From Squalus acanthias (lineage: Eukaryota): a DNA stretch of 64,000 nucleotides. The notes under the pieces are model-generated. The model was not told the origin of the DNA and did no database searches. It saw only the letters and a list, made by a program, of their open reading frames with translations. The DNA lies in contig CM059432.1 of NCBI GenBank assembly GCA_030390025.1, positions 57,972,001 to 58,036,000 of the forward strand, in the 5' to 3' direction. Of the stretch, positions 1 to 11,685 are shown in pieces. The position numbers and the translations under genes are program-made. Positions within the stretch are counted from its first letter, which is position 1. Each line of letters opens with the position of its first letter.

Positions 1-76
1 CTTGTAGCCCTCTGATTAACACTTTCCAATAACATGATATCACTTTTGAAGTAGGGGCCCCAAAAGTGGACACAAT

Positions 77-259
77 TGACGGAACTTTCAACTTTGACGG
101 GGGTGTAGAACAGGCAATATCAGATCAGCCATCCACTATACGCCCCGCCCAATTTTCCTTTTCATTGAAGTCAATGAAGAAAATCGGGCAGGGTGTATAA
201 CGGGTGGTTGATCTGATATCGCCCGTTTTACACCCCCGCCATCGTTAAAAGTTCCACCC
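77..259. mobile_element. Palindromic MITE (Harbinger-type, 3-bp TSD AAT) inserted in an old CR1 remnant
   Basis: The whole element is an imperfect inverted repeat centred on CATTGAAGTCAATG. AAT at 74-76 and 260-262; removing the element restores CR1-like ggacacaatactccagatg. Confidence 0.7.
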
Positions 260-326
260 AATACTCCAGATGCAGTTTCAACAAGGAAACAGACCATTTA
301 AAAGAAGCTGCTTCAATTTAAATGTT

Positions 327-1119
327 GGCCCGGAATTTGTGGTGGGTAATAACAGTGAATGAACAGCCTTCGCCGTTATTACCACTTTGAAACTAACCGC
401 AACTTCAGGATGTAGCGCATGCGCATCTAAATGCGGAAATCCTGAAGTTGTGGTCAGTTATTCACTGCTCCAACACTGGCTGCACTGTGCCCCCCCCCCC
501 CACCCCACCCCAACCCCCCGCACCCTCCATAGCCGACAATCAGTGAAATCAATGAAACTGATGAAAACTTTAGCTTTTCCGCAGTAATATCCCTGTTAAA
601 TACCCCATTAAAAGTTAGGCCTTGTTGGTTTAGGTGTAACTGGGGTTTTAACAGCATATTGACTGCTAAACAAACATTATAGCCCTGAAAAGCTATTTTT
701 AATTTTATGGAATGTTAAATTTCCCCATAATGATGACAATTACAATTTTTAAGAAACTTAAAAAAATTATATTTTTTTAAAGTTTGCTCATATTTATTTC
801 AGGTTTACCTTTTCCCCATGTGAGAGCCCCAGTCTTTGTTTTGCTCTCTTTAACATTTTTAAAATGACTGAATAAAAGGAGCTTCTTCACTTCCTGGTTC
901 TCGGTCTGTGAGAATTCTGCATTGTGATTGGCTGCTTAGACAGCTTGTTGATATCATAGCAGCTCGCACTAGGGATTCTCCACTATTCTACATTGATCTC
1001 ACTTACGCGTCGAGAAAGGCAAGCTTCCCGCCACAGAGTTCGCAAGATCTTTGTGGGCAGCTTTCTTCAGGGCCAGCGACGAACACCTTTGCTTCGCCGC
1101 TGACCGCAAATTCCGGGCC
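327..1119. mobile_element. Non-autonomous Harbinger/PIF-type element (793 bp)
   Basis: TIRs GGCCCGGAATTTG(T/C)GGT at both ends; 3-bp TSD GTT (324-326 and 1120-1122); internal hairpin at about 396-457. Confidence 0.8.
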
Positions 1120-1604
1120 GTTATATCCTTTGCTATACAGCCAAACATTTTGTTTATTCTCTTTGCAACCTGGGAATAGTAAATTGATTGTGTTGGTGAG
1201 CTGTCCACCAATATTCTGAGACCCCTTCTGGCTCTGATCCTTCCACTATGTTCCCACTGTGTGTATATATTCCATATCCCCCTTTCTTGCCAGATCTTAC
1301 CACTTTATATTTACCTACATTAAATGCAGTTGCCATTATTCTGCTCATAAACAAAGCATCTTTCTGAATTTGTGCATGATGATTCTTATTATTTGTCACT
1401 GTTCCTATTTTGGCGTCATTCTCAAACTTGAACTGATTCCAGTCTCTAACTCATCTATGAAACTGATAAACAGCAGTGCTGAAGCAATATAAAAAATATA
1501 TTTGAATAATAAACAATGCTAAAAGCCAAAGAAATCTTCCTTGTGGAGGGTTGGCTGCCCTTTGCTTACTGACCCTTCTGCCACTGGAAACAGTTTTTCT
1601 TTAT

Positions 1605-2430
1605 TTATTCTCTCAAAACCCTTGTTTGAACACCTTTATCAAATCTTCTCTTGACCTTCTCTGCTCTAAGGAGAACAACCCCAGTTTCTCTAGTCTCTCT
1701 GAAGTCTTTAATTCCTGGTACCATTCTAGTAAATCTCCTTTGCACCCTTTCTAAGGCCTTGACATCCTTCCTAAACTGTGGTGCCCAGAATTGGATACAA
1801 TACTCCAGCTGGGGCCTAACCAGTGTTTTATAAAGGTTTAGCATAACTTTCTTGCTTTTCTACTGTATTCCTCTATTTATAAAGCTAAGGATCCCGTATG
1901 CCTTTTTAACAGCCTTCTCAACTTGTCCTGCCACCTTCAAAGACTTGTGTACAGACACCGCCAGGTTCCGCTGTTCCTGCACCCCCTTTAAAATTGTACC
2001 ATTTAGTTTATATTGCCTCTCCTCATTCTTCCTACCAAAATAAATCACTTCACACTTCTCTGCATTAAATTTCATCTGCCCATTTCACCAGTCTGTCTAT
2101 GTCCTCCTGAAATCTAATACTATCCTCCTCACAGTTTACTACATTTCTGAGTTACATGTCATCTGCAAACTTTGAAATTATGCCCTGTAATGTCCAGGTC
2201 ATTAATATATATCAAAAAGAGCAGTGGTCCCATGCATACTTCCCTCCTGTCTGAAAAACAACCGTTCACCACAATTCTCTGCTTTCTGTCCCTTAGCCAA
2301 TTTTGTATCCATGCAGCCTTTAATCCCATGGCTTCAATGTTGCTAACAAGTCTATTATGTGGTACTTTATGAAACGCCTTTTTGAAAGTCCATATGTACA
2401 ACATCAACCGCACGACCCTCATCAAACCTA
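1605..2430 (-). mobile_element. CR1 LINE fragment (RT C-terminal half, degraded)
   Basis: Broken ORFs with FKKAFHKVPHNRL, GPLLFLIYINDLD, FNAEKCEVIYFGRKN and LVRPQLEYCIQFWAP. Confidence 0.9.
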
Positions 2431-2899
2431 AAAGAACCAGTAGCTGTAGAGAAAAGCATAGCTGCAAGAGTTATACCGTGTTATGCTGCGGGCTGTGTAT
2501 TACATTCTACCCACCATAAGAGAACTCTGCACACACATGCTTGCACGGAGGCACAATTCTCCATCCTTGGCATGTATTGAGAATGCAGGCAGACGCATTC
2601 GCTTTCTCAAAACAGTCAAAAGACTTGACAGTTAGTTTAGAAAGTGCCAAGGAAGTCCAACAGATTGTCTGAGCATCCTTTTGAGCACAGCTTCACTTCA
2701 CTTCACATTCTGCCAAGCTCAAACGAAAAGAGATGGCTTCCATGAGAGAGTCACGTCCCACTTCATTTTAGTGTATTCTGGAGTAGGATTATTTTGCCAG
2801 TTTTACATCAATAAGCATTTGAAATCATTTAGCATCAATGTGAAAGTGGCAATACACTGGACCTGAACACCGCATCAGCTCAAACATCAATGCCCAAAA

Positions 2900-3410
2900 C
2901 ACAACAACATGTATTTATATGGCGCCTTTATTATAGAAAACATCCCAAGACGCTTAACAGGAGCGTTATCAAACAAAATTTGATGCCGAGCCACATAAAG
3001 AGATATTAGGACAGGTTGGTCACAGAGGTAGGTTTTAAGGAGTGTCTTGAAGGAGGAGAGAGAGGTGGAGAGTTTTAGGGGGGAATTCCAGAACTTAGGG
3101 CCTAGGTAGCTGAAGGCATGGTCGCCAATGGTGGAGTGATGGAAATCGGGGATGCGCAAGAGGCCAGAATTAGAGGAGCGCAGAGATCTCGGCATGTTGT
3201 AGGGCTGGAGGTTACAGAGATGGGGTGAGGCGAGGTCATGGAGGGATTTGAACATAAGGATGAGAATTTTAAATTCGAGGCGTTATCAGACCAGGAGCCA
3301 ATGTAAGTCACTGAGCACATGGGTGATGGGTGAACGAGACTTGGTGCGAGTTAGGATACGGGCAGCAAAGTTTTGGATGAGCTGAAGTTTAGTGGGAGGT
3401 CGGTCAAGAC
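2900..3410 (-). mobile_element. L2-clade LINE 3' fragment
   Basis: ORF end RSLRSSNSGLLRIP...AFSYLGPKFWNS...FKTLLKTYL; same family and 3' end as the L2 at 39255-40785. Confidence 0.85.
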
Positions 3411-3469
3411 TTCACAAACACCTCACGTACTCAGGTATTGATGCTCTAAAGTACGCAGATGCCACATAG

Positions 3470-3900
3470 AAAGAAAGAAGTTCCATTTTTATTGCATCTT
3501 TCCTGTCCTCAGGATGTTCCAAAGCACTCCTCTGCCAATTAACTGCTTTTGAAGTGTAGTCACTGTTGTCAAGTAGGCAAACATGTTAGCCTTGCTCACA
3601 GCAGGAACCCACAAACAGCAATGAGGTAAATAACAGGTACTCTGATTTTGGTGGTGTTGGTTCGATGATAAATTTTGGCCAGGATACCAGGAGAAATCCC
3701 TGCTCTTCTTTGAATAGTGCCATGGGATATTTTATGTCCAACTAAACAAGCAGATGGGTTTAATATCTCATCTGGAAGGCAGCATCTCTGAAAATACAGT
3801 ACTCCCTCTGTACTGCATTGAAGTATCAGCCTAGATTACATGCTCAAGTCTTGCAGTGAGGCTTGAACTGAGAGGCAAAAGTGTTATCACTGAGCCAAGC
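3470..3900 (-). mobile_element. DeuSINE (SacSINE1-like), degraded
   Basis: Reverse complement reads tRNA-like head, Deu-domain core (...cccatggcactatt..aagaagagcaggg...ctggccaaa...) and L2-like tail; homologous to the copies at 17.2 and 26.9 kb. Confidence 0.7.
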
Positions 3901-4099
3901 ATACTTGATATTCAGCTATTGATACCTTAAAATACACATTCACTTGGTGAAGTCAGATACTGATGCTCAGATTTCCTCCCTTGCAGAAGTAATTTCCACT
4001 GCATTTCATTAATCCTTTGGGATTCATGCTATAATTGTTGCATCATATCCCAAAATACTAAAATGTGAGAATTTATAAAGCCATTAATAATGAACATTA

Positions 4100-4260
4100 A
4101 AACAGAAACAAACACAGAAAATGCTGGAAATACACATTAGCATAGTCGCCATAAAAGTTATGCTCAAAATATTTATCTGTCTTCTCCTTTCAGGTGTTGA
4201 CGAACGTACTGTGCATTTTCAGCATTTTCTATTTTTGTTTCAGATTTCCAGCAGTCATTA
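4100..4260. mobile_element. Degenerate Penelope-end-derived inverted-repeat remnant
   Basis: acagaaaatgctggaaata... and the inverse cagcattttctatttttgtttcagatttccagca; same motif as the Penelope end at 33852. Confidence 0.5.
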
Positions 4261-4324
4261 TTTTTCTTTTCATCTCTTAAAGTGATATGTCCAATATAGT
4301 GTATATTAAATATTTGGACATATG

Positions 4325-4800
4325 GGGGGTGGGGGAATTTGACCTCCACCCAAAACTAGCATGAAGTGGTCATGCCACCTGCCCAAAGCTGGCGTTGGGA
4401 AGTCAGAACCATATCTGGGGAGGACGGCAAATCGACTGGCTCCCACAGAGAGCCAGCTGGCAGGTCAGGTCTGTGGGCGGGGAAGGGGGGTGGGGGGTGA
4501 GGGAGTTGGGGGGGGGGGGTGCGGCGGATGTATACAGCACGCACTAGACTAATTTGTACCTGAAAATTACAATCAGGGTCCAATAATTGGCATAGGGCCC
4601 TAATTTACATATTTAAGCAGCCTTACACCTGTTTCAGGTGGGCATGTAGGTTGCGCGCCCATTTATAGGCCCACCTGAAAATTGCATCAGGTGGACCTTG
4701 GACATCAATGGGGCAGCCTAGGTGCTCCCCCAATTTTCAACTGCTAGCCATCTGGTTTTTAGGTGAGAAATGGGCAGCTGTTAGTTGAAAATTGCCTCCA
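4325..4800. mobile_element. Old Harbinger-like MITE remnant
   Basis: GGGGGAATTT start, AAAATTGCCTCC end, internal hairpin at about 4730-4795; no clear TSD. Confidence 0.35.
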
Positions 4801-5260
4801 TAATCTTTATTCTCAGGCTCTGAAATGATAAATAAGAGCCCATCAGTTTTTTGTAACATTATTAGTAAATGGAACTTTTTCATTTCTATCAAATGTGTGC
4901 AAGAAATCCAAGCAATTGTGGACATGACTTCCTTGTTACATTTAATTATCACAGTGAGTTGTGTATTACTATCAAGCAACAGAGGCATGTAAGCATGCTC
5001 AGTGAATTACAAAGCAGCACAATTTATGGAACTCACAGCTCTATCATTTTAAACTATCTATCAATTAAGAGAAAACTATAACAAAAAGAAGACAAAAGAA
5101 ATAAAAATGAAAGATACCTGTGTTGAAACAATATTCAGAATTTAGTTTATTGCATCTAGCAAAACACAATGGTGGACTTAAACCTTCAAGATTCTTTTTG
5201 AACTCAGTGTAGCACCAGATATCAAATCCATCCACTGCATTTATGCTTAATTCAACTTAC

Positions 5261-5372
5261 ATGTGCAAGTCGATCAAATCTTGCAAACAGTTCATTCAGC
5301 ATCCTCACCAGTTCTTGTGCAGACAGGGTTGTAGAGAGGTTGGTAAAACCTTTCACGTCTGCAAAGAGAATG
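5261..5372 (-). CDS. ADCY8: ADCY8 coding exon 4 (112 nt), start of the C1a catalytic domain
   Basis: Not in the ORF track; read by hand. Acceptor ttttatttag|C ATT CTC TTT GCA GAC gives (S)[37 protein letters not shown]; donor CAT|GTAAGT. The split codon AG+C = Ser joins exon 3. Contains the metal-binding Asp of ILFAD. Confidence 0.96.
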
Positions 5373-5973
5373 CTAAATAAAATATAGAAAATATTGCATT
5401 AATATTTCTTTGTTCGGTAAATAGGATAGCTACATTTCAATGCGTAATACAGTCAGGTTAAGTTATTTTATTCACATTTTGTTACCACCAGGCAGCTTTT
5501 CAGTTCTATTGGAGGTCCATTTCAAAATTTGCTTCCATTTCAAAATTTGCGTCTCCCTTATTTCTGGAGCTTTCTATCTCTACTGCTGTGAACATGCAGC
5601 TGGGAGAGCAATTGGGACTGTACTCTTTATCATGGATTACATAATTAAAATGTTCAGGACAAAGGCCAACCATTTCCATTCCTCACTGCCAGCCATCAAT
5701 GGTGACAGGCGCACTTTACTAGCTGTTTAAGCAAGTTTAAAATCTAAAGGACCATGCAAGTCATGCAAGCCTCACTAACATGATAGTCAGATATTAAAAG
5801 AGTCTGACCATTTTCAATGCATTTTAACTCCTTTGTAACTAATATGCAGGACCATTTTAAAAAGGAAAATAAAGAAAAACTGTTGGTTAGAATCCTGGAT
5901 GGAAGACATGACCTCTTTGGGCAAGATTGTTTTTTTATCAAACAAAGCTACTAATAGCAAATAGATGTCTTAC

Positions 5974-6104
5974 CTCACATTTTCATAGCGATGTATGTAG
6001 ATTTTATGAAACTGGTGCTGTAAATGTTCATCTTCCACGTTTGACATATCATTAATCATCTCCAATACAACAAACCGTGGCAAGACTGAAAGAACCAGCC
6101 TCTC
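5974..6104 (-). CDS. ADCY8: ADCY8 coding exon 3 (131 nt)
   Basis: Acceptor attaag|GAG; encodes [43 protein letters not shown] plus AG; donor AG|GTAAGA; ends in phase 2. Confidence 0.96.
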
Positions 6105-6596
6105 CTTAATTATGTAAAAAAAACACACGCACACGTGGATATCATTAGCAATTATAGGCAATATATTCACAGAGGATTCTTTAGATTTGGAAGAAATGTA
6201 GTTAATACATCCACAACATCCTTCTCCACCCTCTTCAAGAGTATTCATTCTGGTTGAAAAGACTGACATACCTTTTCTTCAACTTTCACACAATGATTTA
6301 AATTCTGTTTTTCTTCTACTCAATATACTCTTGTAAAAATAATCAATGTAATGACCCCTGTTCAATCTCCCCATATTTTTTTAATATGTTTATTTCTCTC
6401 GCTCTCTCTTGGCATCCCAGACCTACGTATTTCCCAGCAGGCAGGACACAGATGCTCTTATAATTGTGATTGAGGGTCTTTTTTTCTCTCTCTTTATGGG
6501 GAAGCCCTTGACTTCCACTCAGTGGAGGCAATGTAACGTTTGATGATGGTGTAAGATGGGGGATATCGAATTAGATGCACGTTATACACCACACCT

Positions 6597-7180
6597 GGGC
6601 CGCGATTTTGCTGACTTTGGCGGGTCCGTGGCGGGCGACGTCGGTGGTGGGTCCCGACCCCGCTGCTGTCTACATCCCGGCCTCTGAAATGAATTTACCG
6701 TGATTGGGCTTGTTAAGTCCGCCCAGCGCGTTTCCCGGCCAATTAGAGGAAGCGGGTCTGATGATGTCATTTGATGACGCGTCATCAGCCGGTTTCCTTT
6801 AAGGGACCATGGCCAACTTTATTTTGAGATTTGTGCTGTCAGTATTCAACAGCATTGAGGTGATACAAACACTGACAATCACTGCACAGAGGTGCACGGC
6901 TGCACCCAGGCTCTCCCATGACTCCCTCCACAGCACGCAAGGAGGTCCTCTTCCCTTCCCATAGGCGGAAGAGACCTCCACAGAACACCAAAGCAGCCTG
7001 GTTGCACATTGCAGAGGAGGGCACAAGCAGGGATGTGGTTAGGAGGACTTGGGTGCAGTGCCACAAACGTTTCAATTATCTCATTAGATCACAAAATGTT
7101 AGTACAAAGCCACACTCAACCTCATCCTGCTGAGCCTCTCATCACATCCCCATCACTCTGCCTTCCCTATCCTACTCCTA
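6597..7180 (+). mobile_element. Harbinger left-end remnant with Myb/SANT-like coding fragment (ADCY8 intron 2)
   Basis: Subterminal block (ccaattagaggaagcgggtctgatgatgtca) resembles 20237-20270. Peptide EVLFPSHRRKRPPQNTKAAWLHIAEEGTSRDVVRRTWVQCHKRFNYLIRS parallels the ORF at 20407. Confidence 0.75.
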
Positions 7181-8179
7181 GAATCATAGAATCATAGAAT
7201 GGTTACACCTGGATCACTATTCTGTCACGTTCTTATCAAGAATTATTTGTAAATGATGCATTTTAGGCCTCATAGTTCTTATATGAGATCAGCACGGTCA
7301 TTCCTCTCCCCCTGATTACGAGTTTTATTGCTAAAGCAGAATACTGTAATATGGGCTAAGCTGCAAGCATGCAGCGATGTCACTTACTTAACATTTTCAA
7401 GAGAAAATAAAAAGAGATGTAATGCAAATCTTGGATGTCTAAATAAGTGAGCACAGAATACTTTGAACGGAGAAAAAAGAAATAGATGAGGAACATTCAC
7501 AATAACTAAATGAAAAGGTTACTTAATAATATAACAAAAGGAATGGATTTGCCACTGAAATTTAGTTTCCCATTAATAATGTTCTTAATACACCAACATG
7601 CACATGAATTTGCATTTCAAAGTAAGCTCAGTATTGATTGCATCTCAGCAAAATAATTCTTGCCGTATTATAGATTAAATGAGAAGCAAAGCTGAGTTGT
7701 ACCTCTAATAAAAATGTAGAATTCTTATCCTTACATATCTTTGCAATTTTAATTGAAGATAAAATAAATTCAGCAGAATGCCTCATTAACCCTGACAGCT
7801 GTGATGATGTACCTTATGAGATGCATTTATATCTGGCGTGATTGGAGAGAAGGATATGTAAGCACAATATATGTATCAGTGAATTTTCTTCCTCAACCAC
7901 AAAATGATAACAGATATCCTTTTATCTGACCTTCACAAATTACAGATAGTTTTAAAGAGGTTTCTACCTGCGAATGTTAATGGTGAATGAGTAGCAGCAT
8001 ATCATCTTTTTTCATTAGTTTGCAATTGAAAATATCAACCTTTGAGTAATGCTCCAGAATGATCACCTTCCCAACACTTCATAGAATAGACAATTTTTTT
8101 TTATCAGTTTGAATAAAAATTGATGTCAGAAGCAGAATGATTGGAGTGGGGGGGGGGGGGGGACTGGATAACACAATGC

Positions 8180-8453
8180 ATTAGAACATTGGGGTATAAC
8201 TTCGTCTTGTGATCGCGCAAAATGGGCAATAGGGAATCACAGCCCATTTTGCACGCTGGACGATTTTCTTTTCCATTGACTTCAGTGCAAAATGAAAATC
8301 GGACGGAGTGCGAAATGGACTCCCGATTCACTACCGCCCATTATACACTACCGCCCATTATACACTACCGCCCATTATACACTACTGCCCATTATACACT
8401 ACCGCCCATTATACACTACCGCCCAACATGAATTTATACCTCAATGTTCTAAT
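8180..8453. mobile_element. Palindromic MITE with an internal 17-bp tandem expansion
   Basis: Inverted ends ATTAGAACATTG(G/A)GGTATAA; centre CATTGACTTCAGTG, similar to the element at 77-259. Confidence 0.65.
8329..8425 (+). repeat. Minisatellite (CACTACCGCCCATTATA) x about 5.7
   Basis: Five full 17-bp units plus a 12-bp partial unit; one substitution in unit 4. Confidence 0.95.
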
Positions 8454-8969
8454 TTAAAACCCGTTGTCTCTTCACCACTAGAACCTGGCTTTGAATCAAG
8501 CTGAAATTGATGTGATGAAAATCTCTGTTTTCTAATATCTAAATAAAATATAATTAAAAAATAATACACAATTAAAATCTCATCTCCAAAAAAAAAGAAA
8601 CAATCCTCGCCCTGAGTTTTTGTGACATGTACAAGGATTCGTACTCCAGCACACTGTGCGGCAGAATTTTAGGTGATGTTGCGATTACAATTCCACACTT
8701 GGCAAGTTCCTGCAGGAAGTCAAGCACATTTCATATTTGAGCCCCGCACACACACCTTTGAAAAGCTGCCATTAGCAGAAGCCTGTGAGCAGTTTGTCTA
8801 TTTACCCTTTCAGTCAGGGAACGGTTCATGTTATAGGTCAGGGGTAAAAAAAAGTGGCCAAAAATAAAATGTTTTAAAAAAAGCAGGCTGTTTATTATAA
8901 CTTGGACAGAGATGCATTGTTAAAGAAGCTTTCCAAAACACAGATTAACTGTCTGTTGATTAGAAGTGA

Positions 8970-9140
8970 GAAGTTGCACAACACCAGGTTATAGTCCAAC
9001 AGCTTTATTTGAAGCTTCACCTGACGAAGGAGCAGCGCTCCGAAAGCTTGTGATTTCAAATAAAGCTGTTGGACTATAACCTGGTGTTGTGCGACTTCTC
9101 ACATTTGTCCACCCCAGTCCAACACCGGCATCTCCACATC
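8970..9140 (+). mobile_element. Short Penelope-type retroelement with 14-bp TSD
   Basis: TSD TTGATTAGAAGTGA at 8956-8969 and 9141-9154; 48-bp inverted arms (8966-9013 and 9055-9102) flank a hammerhead motif. Confidence 0.8.
9017..9053 (+). ncRNA. Minimal type I hammerhead ribozyme motif
   Basis: TCAC CTGACGA A GGAGC AGC GCTCC GAAA GCTT GTGA: stem I TCAC/GTGA, core CUGACGA, stem II GGAGC/GCTCC, GAAA, palindromic minimal stem III AGCU, putative cleavage triplet CUU. Confidence 0.75.
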
Positions 9141-11252
9141 TTGATTAGAAGTGATCACAATCCCAGCATGTATATTTTCTCCTGATATTTAGGAAGGAGG
9201 TAGAATGTGATAAGTGGCCACAAAAAATTAGGGAAACAGCTTTAGGGATACGATCACAAGATAGTGTCTTCATTAACTCCTGCTTCGCTTCCATTGTATT
9301 GACAACACACAGAATGCATGCACACATACAGCATGTAATCCCTGATGGGCATTATATCAAGACACCACCAGCAGATTGTGAAAGATTGTATTCATTCAAT
9401 ACATCAGTCATTTTGTGCTGAAAAGCTTTGAAAGAGAGCTTGAACCGAAGAAAGAATGAACTGTTAACTGTTTCTGACACTACACTTGTTAACATAACCA
9501 ATATTGCATTCTGTTCCAGCATCACTTCAAAAACAGATTTCCTATTATATTTCTTTTACACGGCAAAATATTGTGTTAAAATGTTTCCAGGAAGCTCAAT
9601 ACATCACTGAAATACTGTATTTACTGAATAAATGTTGTTATATTTAATGGATCCATTCCACATGCTTGAAGTGCTAAGCTATTAAAGTAATCAACAATTT
9701 ACTACTAAAGAAGTAACCGTGCAAAACCTATTAATATTGGTAAAGCTGGTTTCCCTACTAGTGGCATAAGGCCATAGTCAAACAGCATCTGGGCTTTCAG
9801 GAACTTGATTTATTCGACTTCAAATTCAGAAAAATTATCTTTAAAGTGACAATATTTCCAAATGGTCAAATGAAAGGCTGAACTTAGCTGATATTTTAAA
9901 CACCATCTTAGTGATATCATGTACACGTCAGCTTAGGGTCTTAGTCAGAGCTCAGTAAGAATAACTGATATCTGGAATTACTACTGTAACAGAATAAACA
10001 GTCTATTCCCAAGTGTTTCTTATTGTAGTTTGATCGATTATTGCACAATGAGTTTGAGCACACCTGCCAAGTAAAGGACAGGGGGTTCTGTCAGCTCTCT
10101 TGAATCACGGGAATAACGCTTTAGACCTATTTGTGGTTTCTTTATAACTAGCTGGAGGTGATTTGAGAAGAAACTGGTTGATTATAATAACTTTGTAACA
10201 GCAGAAAGGAAGATTCCATTCTGAATGGTAGAATTCAGTGTGATAACTGCTTGCCAACACTACTAAAGGAATCTTGTTTATGAAACTCAGAAACAAAACA
10301 GTCTCCCAATATTTTTTGAGAAACCATGATAATGGCCTAATGCACAGAACACCACTAATATTGAAAAGGCAAGGAGAGAAGACAAGCTCAGTCAAGAAGT
10401 AGTCATTATGTAAATGATGTGCATGTAATATATATCGTCTTCCCATTTGAGTGGTGAAAAATCATGAACTTATTCAAATAATTACTGAATAATAGCTAAT
10501 AATGAAAGTCAACTGTATTTCTGAATATATGATTAAATGCTAATTGCAGAACTAATCTTCACTTAGTAATTGTGAAATTGCTAACAAATCAAATCTGGCA
10601 TTCATGGTGCCATGTTCAGTAGGTCCCTATCTTACTATTTGGTGCCGTTTAGTTTCAGGAAGGTCGGTGACGTGGTTAAAATCTGCTACACCAACTCGCA
10701 ATTTGATTTACTGCTGACAAGAGCGCCACCAAACAAAACTTTGACTTGGTCATAATTGTAATGATGTCCATACCCTGACGGGTAGCTTTAGATCATAATC
10801 ATTGTGAAGTTAATGAATCTGTCAGCTTCTCAGAGCGTCAGTTCGTTAATCGGAGTGTACGAATACTGAATAGAAAATCGAGGCAGTTTTCATCATTATA
10901 CAGGGTTACTCGCTGCTGGCCCTTTAATACGGTCTATATAAACGGGATCTCTTTTCAAATGGAATTATTCATCACTGGTGCTTAATGCTGCAAATTATAG
11001 ACTCGGAATTCCTTCTGCTTGAAATACAGAACTCCAGCATAATTTAAAATTAAAGCATTAATAATTGATATCATAGAGCTTAAAATATAAATTAATCTGT
11101 TGTAGTCCAGCAAATGACATTTACATTTTTATTTGTTTCTACTTGCAAACTCTTAAAATATATTTGTTTGACATTATATTAGGATTGGATTTTGTGGTTA
11201 TGTCTTCAAGAGGCTAAGCCAGTTGCGCCTGTATCTCAGATTCCGCCCTTAC

Positions 11253-11402
11253 CTGTCTCTGATTCTCTGTTTCCAGCCGAAGTCTGGCTTCTATACATCT
11301 CCTGGTTTCCAGGAACGCCTGGCGCTGAGCTCGGTCTGCCAGGTAACTGATAAATATCCCGGCCGTGTTCATACACATGAACAACACCGACTGGGCTATC
11401 AC
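11253..11402 (-). CDS. ADCY8: ADCY8 coding exon 2 (150 nt)
   Basis: Acceptor tttcag|GTG; encodes [50 protein letters not shown]; donor CAG|GTAAGG; phase 0-0, in frame with exon 1. Confidence 0.97.
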
Positions 11403-11599
11403 CTGAAACGGCAAAAACCAAAGCACTTCATTCTTCCCCTAGAAATATTTCCATTTTCTTCGGCGCCGTCTCGCCTCCTCAAAATAACAGCAAAGCACAA
11501 GATTACAAGGCTGGTCAATAATATCGCTCTGTTTTACTTATAGTGAGGTGAATATTGATTCCCATTACTATTACTGGCACTGAAATAAAGGACGACATG

Positions 11600-11685
11600 C
11601 CGAAAATACACAGCAAGTCAGGCAGCATCTGTAAAGAGAAAAGACAGATTAATGTCTCGAATATAAGACTCTTCCTCAGAACTAT
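11600..11685 (-). mobile_element. Degenerate Penelope 3'-end fragment in ADCY8 intron 1
   Basis: cagcaagtcaggcagcatctgt...tcagaact aligns with 16122-16224; the hammerhead core has decayed (GAGAC instead of GAAAC). Confidence 0.55.

Noticed and set aside
4484..4520. G-quadruplex-like G runs (also the C run at 489-520 and the G run at 8148-8162)
   Set aside because: Homopolymer expansions in or near old repeats, common in such genomes and error-prone in assembly.
1..5260. ADCY8 exon 5 (expected [21 protein letters not shown]-like)
   Set aside because: Not found by eye on the minus strand; it presumably lies beyond the left edge of the window.
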